Source of the DNA: an uncultured Acidimicrobiales bacterium
Lineage (GTDB): Bacteria; Actinomycetota; Acidimicrobiia; Acidimicrobiales; CAVXTF01
Direction of reading: 5' to 3'
NCBI GenBank assembly: GCA_963764615.1
Contig: CAVXTF010000002.1
Location: forward strand, 1,746,745 to 1,810,744
Length of the DNA stretch: 64,000 nucleotides
This document shows, in pieces, positions 56,349 through 64,000 of this stretch. Under the pieces are notes generated by a model that worked only from the letters and a program-made list of their open reading frames with translations, ran no database searches and was not told the origin of the DNA. Each line of letters opens with the position of its first letter. Position 1 is the stretch's first letter. Position numbers and translations under genes: made by a program.

Positions 56349-59291
56349 TTACGGTCGACCTGTGGGCAACCGGGAGCCAATGCTAGCCGGTAGGTCGTGC
56401 TCCGCCACCTGTTGACCTGCGGACACGTGATCCTTCGCTTCCGCCCACGACGCGCCCCACGCGATCGACACCTCGAGCGGCACCGACAATCCGACCTCGT
56501 CGGCCACCCCTTCGAGGACTGCGCGTGTCAGGTCTGCAGCGGAATGCTCCTCCGATTGGTCTCCTGTTGGGACTTCCAGGATCACCTCGTCGTGAACCTG
56601 AAGGACGAGTCGCGAACTGAAGCCACCTTCTTCGAGCGCGCCGTCGAGACGCACGAGGGCCACTTTGAACAGGTCTGCTGCGAGACCCTGGATCCCGGCG
56701 TTCATCGCCTGGCGCTCCGCAGCCATCCGAAGTCCACGGTTCGGCGAGTGCAGATCAGGTAGAGGCCTTCTGCGCCCGAGCAACGTGACGGTGTAGCCGC
56801 GAGCGCGCGCGTCGGCAACCGAGCGGTCCATCAGGTCACGCACGAGAGGGAAGGCGGCGAAATAGGAGCCGAGGATCTCCGCCGCCTCGGCCGTCTCGAT
56901 GCCGAGTCGCTGGGCGAGCCCGTAGGACTCCATTCCGTAGGCGAGCCCGTAAGAGACCATCTTCGCCCGGCTCCTCTGGGTGAAGGTGACATCCTCGGGC
57001 GCTACGCCGAACACCTTCGCTGCGGTCGCGCGGTGGATGTCGCGGTGCTCCTCGAACGCCAGGACGAGCCCCGGATCGCCCGACAGGTGCGCGATGACGC
57101 GCAATTCGATCTGGTCGTAGTCGGCGACGAGCAGCAGGTGGCCCGGAGACGGAACGAACGCGCGCCGCAGCCTTCGGCCTTCTTCGGTGCGCACAGGGAT
57201 GTTGTGGAGGTTCGGCCGGTCAGAAGAGAGCCTGCCGGTGCGCGCCACGGTCTGGTTGAAAGAGGCGTGGATCCGTCCGTCGGCGCCGACCTCTGCGAGG
57301 AGGGACTCGCCGTACGTGGAGCGGAGCTTCTCCACCTCGCGGTAACGCAGGATGGTGTCGATGATCGGATGGGTCCCGCGCAATTTCTCGAGGGTTGCCG
57401 CATTCGTGGAGAAACCGGTCTTCGTACGACGGCCCGGAACCAACCCCAGACGGTCGTACAGCACAGCCCGTAACTGCGGGGTCGAGTTCACGTTGAACGT
57501 CTCGCCTGCGTGACGGTGGATCTCAGCCTCGAGGCTCTTGCACTGAGCAGACAGCTCGGCTGCCGTACTCCTGAGCTCGTCGGCGTCCACGGCGATGCCC
57601 GCCACCTCCATGCGCGCGAGCACACGCGACAGGGGCCTTTCGACCTGGTCGTGCAGTCTCTGCATCCCGTCTGTGGCGAGCCTTGCATTCAGCTCAGGTG
57701 CCAGCAGCGCGACCGCGACGGCCTGCCTTCCCATGGCTGCGTTCGTGTCCTCTTCATCGGGCTCGGTGTGGTCGATGTCGAGCTCGAGCTGGCCGGTGAC
57801 TTGAACCGACCCCGCGTCGACAGCGACGCCCAGGTAGGTGTCCGCGACAGATTCCAGGCTGTAGCGGCCGCTCGACGGATCGAGGAGGTACGCGGCCACC
57901 CCTACGTCGAGTCGCAGTCCCGTCATGTCCATGCCCAGACCGAGAAGAGACCGCTCGAGCTCTTTCGCCTGGTATGTGACGACCCCCGGGCCCTCTGACC
58001 CGAGGAGCTCACCCAGCTCCGCGGCGACCCGCTCGTCCGACATGACCGGGCCACCGACCCACACAACCTGTCGTCGGGCCCCGTCGTGCGCGCTCGGCTC
58101 CGCGTCGGTTGTCAGGACCATCCCCTCCAACGCGGAGCGTCCAGGATCGCCCGACCAGAAGGGCACGACCGAGACAGGTCCGTCCGTTCGGCCGAGCTGC
58201 CGTAGGACCTCGAGCAGGTCGTCGCCTTGCGGGCGCAACACGTCGACGGGTCCGAGGTCGACCGACGGCACCTTGGCTACTGCAGCGACAGGCTGCTCGA
58301 CCCAGTCGCCCGTCAGCTCGCCGCTCGAGAGCATCGGCTCGAGACGCCCCCAGGCAGTCTTGAGCTCGAGCTTGTCGAAGACGGCCCGCACCTCTGTCGA
58401 ATTCCATCCACCCATCTTCAGGTCGTGGGGTTGCTCCGCCAGCGGCGCGTCGCGCACGAGAGGGATCACCGTCAGGTTCCGGCGCACCGTCTCCTCCGAG
58501 GCGGCGAGATTCTTCTTCAGGCTCGGCGTCATCTCGTCGAGATGAGCGAAGATACCGTCGAGGTCCTTGTACTTGTTCACGAGCTTGGCTGCCGTCTTCT
58601 CCCCCACCCCTGGCACGCCCGCCAGATTGTCGGAGGGGTCGCCCCTGAGCGCGGCGAGAACGGGGTAGTCGACGGGCAAGACGCCAGTCCTGTCCTCGAT
58701 TCCTTTCTCGTCGTACAAGGTGGTGTCCGAGGTGCCCCGCCTCGTGTAGAGGACCGACACATGGGGATCCTCCACCAGCTGGAAGGCGTCGCGGTCCCCG
58801 GTGACCACCACCACGTTCTCGCCCGAGTCACGCGCCCTGGTGGCAAGGGTCGCAAGGATGTCGTCGGCTTCGTACCCCGCAAGATCGAGGCACGGGACGC
58901 AGAGGGCGTCGAGAACCTCGCGCACCATTCCGAACTGGGGAGCGAGCAGGTCGGGTAGCTCGGCCCTGTTGGCCTTGTAATCCGGGACAACCTCGTCGCG
59001 GAAAGTCGGTTCGGGGCGGTCCCATGCGACTGCTATCCCGCTCGGGCGCCGGGTCTGGAGCAGATAGATGAGCATGCTCACGAAACCATGGACGGCATTG
59101 GTGGTGACGCCGTCGGAGGTCCGCAGGTCCGCCGGCACCGCGAAGAAGGCGCGAAAGACGAGGGAGTTGCCGTCGAGCAGGTAAAGGGCGTCATCTGCCG
59201 GCGTCGGAGAACCGACGCTGCCAGGAGCAGCTTCTGGCCCGGCTTGCGGGGAAGAGGTGCCCGGTTCTTTAAGGGGTGAGCGTGCCGTCAA
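56349..59291 (-). CDS. polA: DNA polymerase I
   Basis: 5'-nuclease N-terminus (LYLLDGNSLVFRAFFA), a 3'-5' exonuclease-like region and polymerase motifs (DYDQIELRV, RRRAKMVSYGLAYG-like, LVLQVHDEVILEV). The start is uncertain: TTG at 59291 or the longest-ORF start at 59363. Either overlaps the 3' end of the response regulator gene. Confidence 0.9.
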   Translation of the reverse strand: MTARSPLKEPGTSSPQAGPEAAPGSVGSPTPADDALYLLDGNSLVFRAFFAVPADLRTSDGVTTNAVHGFVSMLIYLLQTRRPSGIAVAWDRPEPTFRDEVVPDYKANRAELPDLLAPQFGMVREVLDALCVPCLDLAGYEADDILATLATRARDSGENVVVVTGDRDAFQLVEDPHVSVLYTRRGTSDTTLYDEKGIEDRTGVLPVDYPVLAALRGDPSDNLAGVPGVGEKTAAKLVNKYKDLDGIFAHLDEMTPSLKKNLAASEETVRRNLTVIPLVRDAPLAEQPHDLKMGGWNSTEVRAVFDKLELKTAWGRLEPMLSSGELTGDWVEQPVAAVAKVPSVDLGPVDVLRPQGDDLLEVLRQLGRTDGPVSVVPFWSGDPGRSALEGMVLTTDAEPSAHDGARRQVVWVGGPVMSDERVAAELGELLGSEGPGVVTYQAKELERSLLGLGMDMTGLRLDVGVAAYLLDPSSGRYSLESVADTYLGVAVDAGSVQVTGQLELDIDHTEPDEEDTNAAMGRQAVAVALLAPELNARLATDGMQRLHDQVERPLSRVLARMEVAGIAVDADELRSTAAELSAQCKSLEAEIHRHAGETFNVNSTPQLRAVLYDRLGLVPGRRTKTGFSTNAATLEKLRGTHPIIDTILRYREVEKLRSTYGESLLAEVGADGRIHASFNQTVARTGRLSSDRPNLHNIPVRTEEGRRLRRAFVPSPGHLLLVADYDQIELRVIAHLSGDPGLVLAFEEHRDIHRATAAKVFGVAPEDVTFTQRSRAKMVSYGLAYGMESYGLAQRLGIETAEAAEILGSYFAAFPLVRDLMDRSVADARARGYTVTLLGRRRPLPDLHSPNRGLRMAAERQAMNAGIQGLAADLFKVALVRLDGALEEGGFSSRLVLQVHDEVILEVPTGDQSEEHSAADLTRAVLEGVADEVGLSVPLEVSIAWGASWAEAKDHVSAGQQVAEHDLPASIGSRLPTGRP

Positions 59292-59865
59292 GCACCTCGC
59301 GGGCGACCTGCTGCATGCGGACCCTGCGATCCATGGCAGTGCGCTGGATGAAGTTGAAAGCATCGAGCTCGGAGAGCTCGTGGCGGTCCATCAGGATGGC
59401 TTTCGCCCGGTCCACGACCCGACGGGTCTCGAGCTTGTCCTCCAGGCTGGCCGGGCCTTCGCCCGATGAGGCAGCCTCGTCCTCGATGGCGCAGTGCTCC
59501 GTGAAACGGGCAAGGGCGACCTCGATCGCAGGGACGATGTCGGCGCTCTGGAAAGGCTTGACGAGATAGGCGGCGACGCCGGCGTCACGCGCCTCTTCTA
59601 TCAAATTCCTCTGGCTGAACGCGGTGAGAATGAGCACGGGCACCCGCTGCTCGGCGACCACTCGGCGTGCAACCTCGATCCCGTCGAGACCAGGCATCTT
59701 TATGTCGAGGATCGCAAGATCGGGATTCGTCTGCTTGACGAGCTCGAGTGCGTCGTCTCCGCGAGCGGCCTCACCGACCACTTCATAGCCCTCCGACTCG
59801 AGGATCTCCTTCAGGTCGAGACGGATGATCGCCTCGTCCTCGGCGATCACAACCCGCTTCGGCAT
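59269..59865 (-). CDS. pdtaR: ANTAR-domain response regulator (PdtaR-like)
   Basis: The ATG at 59865 is preceded by gaaaggaggg. The receiver domain reads MPKRVVIAEDEAIIRLDL...DLAILDIKMPGLDG...LTAF, and the C-terminal ANTAR domain reads LETRRVVDRAKAILMDRHELSELDAFNFIQRTAMDRRVRMQQVA. Confidence 0.85.
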   Translation of the reverse strand: MPKRVVIAEDEAIIRLDLKEILESEGYEVVGEAARGDDALELVKQTNPDLAILDIKMPGLDGIEVARRVVAEQRVPVLILTAFSQRNLIEEARDAGVAAYLVKPFQSADIVPAIEVALARFTEHCAIEDEAASSGEGPASLEDKLETRRVVDRAKAILMDRHELSELDAFNFIQRTAMDRRVRMQQVAREVLDGTLTP

Positions 59866-60162
59866 CGGCCAGCCCTCCTTTCTTTCACTTGGTCGGTCGA
59901 CCGGCGTTGCGATCCGAGCATTGCAAAACGGCTGAGAGTGGCGGCACCGTGCGTGGTACCGGTCCGTGCCGGCGCATCGAGCGGGGGCGCTTGCTGACAA
60001 AGGCGTATCGGGATGCGGAGCCTAGTATCTCGGGCGCCTGGCAGGGGCCTTTCGAGATCATACGGGTAAGGCCCATTCGGCGGACGGAACGACCGCTCCG
60101 GCATCGGGGCATGACCGATGCAGGCCCTGGGTATGGCCGGTCCAGCCGAATCTGGAGGTCCG

Positions 60163-60630
60163 ATGTACACGAACATCGTGGTTGGAACTGACGGGTCCAC
60201 TACGGCGAGCAAGGCGGTCCGGAAAGCCGCAGACCTGGCAGCCATCACGTCGGCCACCCTGGTGGTGGTGTCCGCCTACCGACCTGTCCCCGAAGAGCGT
60301 CTGAGATCAGAACGCGCCGGTGCCCCGGATGACCTCGCTTATGTGGTCAACCGCGAAGAGGACGTCGGCGGTGTCCTCGAGAACGCGAAGAAGCTGGCCG
60401 AATCCAGAGGAGCGACGAAGGTGGTCACCGAGTCGGTCGACTCCGGGCCTTCGGAAGCTCTCATCGACGTCGCGGAGAGAACCGGGGCCGAGCTGTTAGT
60501 CGTCGGCAGTCAGGGGATGACCGGCGCCAAGCGGTTCCTGCTCGGAAGCGTCCCGAACCGAATCGCCCACCACGCCCCCTGTGACGTCCTCATCGTGAAG
60601 ACCGACCTGGAGCCGAACGAGCGCACGTGA
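60163..60630 (+). CDS. universal stress protein family protein
   Basis: MYTNIVVGTDGSTTASKAV...LLVVGSQGMTGAKRFLLGSVPNRIAHHAPCDVLIV. RBS ctggaggt lies before the ATG at 60163. Confidence 0.85.
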   Translation: MYTNIVVGTDGSTTASKAVRKAADLAAITSATLVVVSAYRPVPEERLRSERAGAPDDLAYVVNREEDVGGVLENAKKLAESRGATKVVTESVDSGPSEALIDVAERTGAELLVVGSQGMTGAKRFLLGSVPNRIAHHAPCDVLIVKTDLEPNERT

Positions 60631-60637
60631 GCCGTGC

Positions 60638-60922
60638 TCAGAACGTGAGCCGGCTCAGCAATTCGTCCTGACGTCTCTCGAGCTCGGCAACCGTCTCCAC
60701 AAGTGCGGCCCGCGCCCTCATGGCGGCGTCGAGATGGCGCTGGGCGTCGCTGTGCTCGTGGGCGGCGAGGGGTGTCTCCGACACCAAGGAACGCAATCTC
60801 AGGTCGTCCGCTATGTCGTTTATGACGACCAGCTGCTCGTCGAGCACCGCGAGCTCCTGGCGCGCTTTGGTGAGGCGTCCGTGCACATCGCTCAGGGAGC
60901 GTTCGACGAGGGAGCGCCGCAT
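60638..60922 (-). CDS. hypothetical coiled-coil protein (94 aa)
   Basis: An ORF with heptad-like Leu/Glu/Arg-rich sequence and no recognisable motif. It fits neatly between neighbouring genes. Confidence 0.4.
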   Translation of the reverse strand: MRRSLVERSLSDVHGRLTKARQELAVLDEQLVVINDIADDLRLRSLVSETPLAAHEHSDAQRHLDAAMRARAALVETVAELERRQDELLSRLTF

Positions 60923-60965
60923 GGTGGCGTGAATCGTACTCTGCGCGCGCGCAAATGGAGGCCTG

Positions 60966-62141
60966 CTACCGCAGCGGCACCCAGAAGCTGCGGGCCGTGA
61001 CCAGGTCGAGAGCCTCTTGGTCGGGGGCAGGGCCGACTCCCGGCCCGCGGTGCACGGAGACGATGGGCTCAGGATCGCGGGAGACCTCGGCCCCCGCGCC
61101 GGCCAGGAAGGGATCGCTCTCCACGAATCGCTCGCCTCCAGCTAGGTCACCCGGCAGGCAGAAGCCCCGAAGCATGGCAATGGCCGCGTTCGCCGAACGT
61201 GCGAGCGTCGTCTCGAGCATTCCCCCGCACCAGAGTCCGATCCCCGCAGCCGTGCAGATGTCGTGCGCGGCCACCGCCTGGAGGAGGCCTCCGAGGCGTG
61301 CGGGCTTGATGCAGATCAAGTCGCAGGCCTGAAGAGCGATCGCATCGCGCAGCCGCCCGAGCGAGCTGACGGACTCGTCGAGACAGACAGGGGTGTCGAG
61401 CTCGCGAGCAAGGCGGGCGTGACCCACCAGGTCGTCTGGGTCCAGAGGCTGCTCCACGCAGAGAAGCGCCAGCTCGTCGAGCGCTCTCAGGGTTTCGAGA
61501 TGCCCGGGATCGTCGATCCGGTACGAGCCGTTCGCATCGGCCTGAAGGCCGATATCGGGAAACGAACGGCGCACCTCCATGAGCACTGACAGGTCGTCGC
61601 CCGGGGCGATCTTCACCTTGACCCTGGTGAACCCGGCGTCCACGGCGGCGGCAACCTCGCCGAGCAACGTCGCGATGGCCTTTTCGTCGTCGGACCGAGC
61701 GAGCCCCACGACGGCACCTGCCGGCACGCGGTCGCGCCGCCCGGCCACGTGCTCAGCGAGCGATCGGCCCTCGGATCGCAGCCCGGCGTCGAGCACGGCC
61801 ATCTCGAGACACGCCTTCGCCATCCGGTGCCCCCGCACGGGCGCCAGCAGACCGTCCATTTCCGCTGCGTCCGGCAAACGCCCACCGTTAGCGCGCACCG
61901 AGGTGAGCAGGAGCGGGACCAGGTGTGCGCTTAGCACCGACCACGCGCCGTCGGCGTACTCCTCGCTGTAGCCCGGTGTTGCGAGCGCGGCGCATTCGCC
62001 CCATCCGTCGTAGCGATCTGTAGCGATCCGGGCGATCACGACGGGCCTCTCGAGCGATGATCCGAGGGAGCTGACGTGTGGTGTACGAAGATGCAGGTCC
62101 AGTCGGCGCAGCTCCACTCCGACCATCCGCGCCCGGCCCAC
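60966..62141 (-). CDS. menC: enolase-superfamily enzyme, o-succinylbenzoate synthase / N-acylamino-acid racemase subgroup
   Basis: KxK (RVKVKIAPGDD), metal ligands in QADANGSY, CVEQPL and CLDESV, and a second catalytic Lys in ICIKPARLGG. Confidence 0.6.
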   Translation of the reverse strand: MGRARMVGVELRRLDLHLRTPHVSSLGSSLERPVVIARIATDRYDGWGECAALATPGYSEEYADGAWSVLSAHLVPLLLTSVRANGGRLPDAAEMDGLLAPVRGHRMAKACLEMAVLDAGLRSEGRSLAEHVAGRRDRVPAGAVVGLARSDDEKAIATLLGEVAAAVDAGFTRVKVKIAPGDDLSVLMEVRRSFPDIGLQADANGSYRIDDPGHLETLRALDELALLCVEQPLDPDDLVGHARLARELDTPVCLDESVSSLGRLRDAIALQACDLICIKPARLGGLLQAVAAHDICTAAGIGLWCGGMLETTLARSANAAIAMLRGFCLPGDLAGGERFVESDPFLAGAGAEVSRDPEPIVSVHRGPGVGPAPDQEALDLVTARSFWVPLR

Positions 62142-62195
62142 CGGAGGAGCCTACGGCGGACACGGATTGTCACGCCGTTAGTAGGCTCGCCGCAC

Positions 62196-62278
62196 GCCCG
62201 GATGGCGGAATGGCAGACGCGGAGGACTCAAAATCCTCTGCCCGCAAGGGCATGCGGGTTCGAGTCCCGCTCCGGGCA
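62196..62278 (+). tRNA. tRNA-Leu (anticodon CAA), class II with long variable arm
   Basis: Hand-folded. Acceptor stem GCCCGGA/TCCGGGC. D arm GCG-GAATGGCAGA-CGC. Anticodon stem GAGGA/TCCTC with loop CTCAAAA. Variable stem GCCC/GGGC. T arm GCGGG-TTCGAGT-CCCGC. Discriminator A. No encoded CCA. Confidence 0.9.
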
Positions 62279-62298
62279 CCGTCGAGTACCCTCGGGCC

Positions 62299-64000
62299 GT
62301 GAACGGGGAAGATGTGCAGTCCCCCGGAATGACTTTGACGGGCCATTACCTGCCCGGTCTCGACGGTCTTCGCGCGCTCGCGATCACTGGCGTGATCGCA
62401 TACCACCTCGGGTACGGCTGGGCCTCCGGCGGTTACCTGGGTGTCGACCTTTTCTTCGTGCTGTCGGGCTTTCTGATCACGACCCTGCTCATGGAGGAAT
62501 GGTTGGGGACCGGCGCGGTCAGGCTTACCAAGTTCTGGGGAAGGCGCGCACGCAGGCTGCTGCCGGCGCTGCTCCTCATGGTGGTCGTGGTAGTGGCGTT
62601 CGTGGCGACCCAGAGCGGCGGACTTCCGATTGACTGGTCAGGGCTGCGGAGCCAGGCACTGGCGACGGTCGGCTATGTAGCGAATTGGCAGCTCCTCCTC
62701 GCGCACCAGTCGTATTTCGACCAGTTCGCGGTCCAATCGCCGCTCAAGCACACCTGGTCGCTCGCGATCGAGGAGCAGTTCTACCTGGTGTGGCCCCTCG
62801 TGATCGTGGGGATGATGGGCCTGCTGCGCAGGGTGCGCCGTCCCGGACGTTGGCGCAGCGCCGGGCTCGCCCTCACCGTCGGCGGCGGAATCGCCTCGGC
62901 GGCCTGGATGGCCGTTCTGTGGCTGCACGGCGCTTCGGTCGACAGGGTGTACTACGGCACCGACACCCGGGCGTTCGACCTGTTTGCCGGCGCGGCGCTC
63001 GCCATGATGACCGTCGGCCGACCTCAGCCAACTCCGCGCTCCATGCGCCGGCTGCACGCCTTCGGACTCGTGGCCGTCGGCACGCTCGCGGCTTGCTGGA
63101 TCACCGGAGGATCGCCGGTCACCGATGTCCCGCGCGGATGGATGTTCGAAGGGGGGTTCGCCCTGTGCGCCATCGCCGGGGCCGTCGTCATCGCCGACGT
63201 CCGCTGCAAGGAGCCGGGGCCGCTGCACTCGGTGCTCTCGTTGCGACCCGTGCGCTACGTCGGGAAGATCTCCTACGGGCTCTACTTGTGGCACTGGCCG
63301 GTCATAGTCGAGCTCACCCCCGCAAGAGCACATGCGAACGGCCTGACGTTGTCCACGCTGCGAGTGGCCGTGACCTTCGGGCTCGCCGTCACGAGCTACT
63401 ACCTCGTGGAGCAGCCCATCCGGCAAGGGTGGCCCCGCATACGCCTAACCTGGCCGCGAATTGCGATGGCTCCCGCCGCGATGGCAGCCACGGCGGTGGT
63501 GATACTGGTCGGGACCGTCCCGCCGGCGGTTGCGACGGCGCCGGTGGGGCAAGTGGTGCGGACGACGGTCTCGGTCCCGGGCGCCGGGGGTGTCGTCGGC
63601 CGGCCGATCGTCCTAGGGCGCGCCGTATCCGAGCGCCGACCGCTTCGGATCCTTCTTGTCGGGGACTCGGTGATGCTCACCGAGGCGCCCGCGATCGAGG
63701 CCCTGTTCGACTCGACGCACGAAGCCGTCGTCACTGACGAGTCCCAGTGGGGCTACGGGCTGACCAGGCTGCCCGACTGGGCGACCAAACTGACCGAGTG
63801 GCTCGCAACCGACCGTCCCGACCTGGTGGTCGCCATGTGGAGCTGGGACAACGTCGCATACGCCACCGATCCGGCGGCCTACCGCTCCCAGATGGACCGG
63901 TTCGTGCGGATCGCGCTCAATCCGACCGACGGCGCCAAGGGCATCGTCTTCCAGCAGTTCCCCGCACCGGGACCTGATGCGGCCCTCACTACGGGCTCTC
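62299..64000 (+). CDS. AT3 (OafA-like) acyltransferase with C-terminal SGNH-like domain, partial (runs off window end)
   Basis: Not on the ORF track because there is no stop in the window. Read by hand from the GTG at 62299 (alternatives: GTG 62314, ATG 62329): LPGLDGLRALAITGVIAYHLG...GVDLFFVLSGFLITTLL...HTWSLAIEEQFYLVWPL...ISYGLYLWHWPV...LRILLVGDSVM. It is a paralog of 31472..33468. Confidence 0.8.
   Translation, partial: MNGEDVQSPGMTLTGHYLPGLDGLRALAITGVIAYHLGYGWASGGYLGVDLFFVLSGFLITTLLMEEWLGTGAVRLTKFWGRRARRLLPALLLMVVVVVAFVATQSGGLPIDWSGLRSQALATVGYVANWQLLLAHQSYFDQFAVQSPLKHTWSLAIEEQFYLVWPLVIVGMMGLLRRVRRPGRWRSAGLALTVGGGIASAAWMAVLWLHGASVDRVYYGTDTRAFDLFAGAALAMMTVGRPQPTPRSMRRLHAFGLVAVGTLAACWITGGSPVTDVPRGWMFEGGFALCAIAGAVVIADVRCKEPGPLHSVLSLRPVRYVGKISYGLYLWHWPVIVELTPARAHANGLTLSTLRVAVTFGLAVTSYYLVEQPIRQGWPRIRLTWPRIAMAPAAMAATAVVILVGTVPPAVATAPVGQVVRTTVSVPGAGGVVGRPIVLGRAVSERRPLRILLVGDSVMLTEAPAIEALFDSTHEAVVTDESQWGYGLTRLPDWATKLTEWLATDRPDLVVAMWSWDNVAYATDPAAYRSQMDRFVRIALNPTDGAKGIVFQQFPAPGPDAALTTGS

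Noticed and set aside
62142-62299. A genomic-island boundary at tRNA-Leu.
   Set aside because: No integrase, transposase or repeat of the tRNA 3' end occurs within the window, so it cannot be supported from the available sequence.
1-64000. CRISPR arrays, rRNA genes, IS elements, prophage genes, toxin-antitoxin or known defence cassettes.
   Set aside because: I scanned the ORF translations and the intergenic regions and found none. The only nucleotide-level repeats are inside the two repeat-protein genes and the tandem paralog pair.

Overview
This is a visibly high-GC chromosomal segment with the gene order typical of Actinomycetota. All family assignments come from motifs I read in the translations; no database search was possible.

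Backbone (housekeeping genes):
- Minus strand: pgk (partial), gap, yvcK, rapZ, uvrC.
- Plus strand: nadA.
- Minus strand: uvrA, uvrB, coaE, rpsA, polA, and a PdtaR-like ANTAR response regulator.
- Then a universal stress protein, a MenC-like enolase-superfamily enzyme and tRNA-Leu(CAA).

Accessory loci: two large cell-envelope glycan loci are wedged into this backbone, one between uvrB and coaE (about 12.2-33.5 kb) and one between coaE and rpsA (about 34.1-54.7 kb). Together they contain:
- seven candidate GT-C-type polytopic membrane glycosyltransferases, including a tandem paralog pair, a YfhO-like gene and a 1544-aa AftD-like giant;
- a DPM1/GtrB-like GT2, a GT4 and a Wzx-like flippase;
- a CDP-glucose synthase plus an extended SDR;
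- several SAM methyltransferases and AT3-SGNH O-acyltransferases;
- an Opp/Dpp-type ABC importer with no binding-protein gene;
- a MalT-like STAND NTPase joined to a SARP (wHTH+BTAD) module;
- two secreted repeat proteins: one with five PPC-like repeats, and one with a beta-helix plus six 40-aa repeats.

Five apparent single-nucleotide frame disruptions cluster between 18.7 and 31.7 kb. They could be gene decay or local assembly error.

I recognised no rRNA, CRISPR array, transposase, integrase or phage genes.
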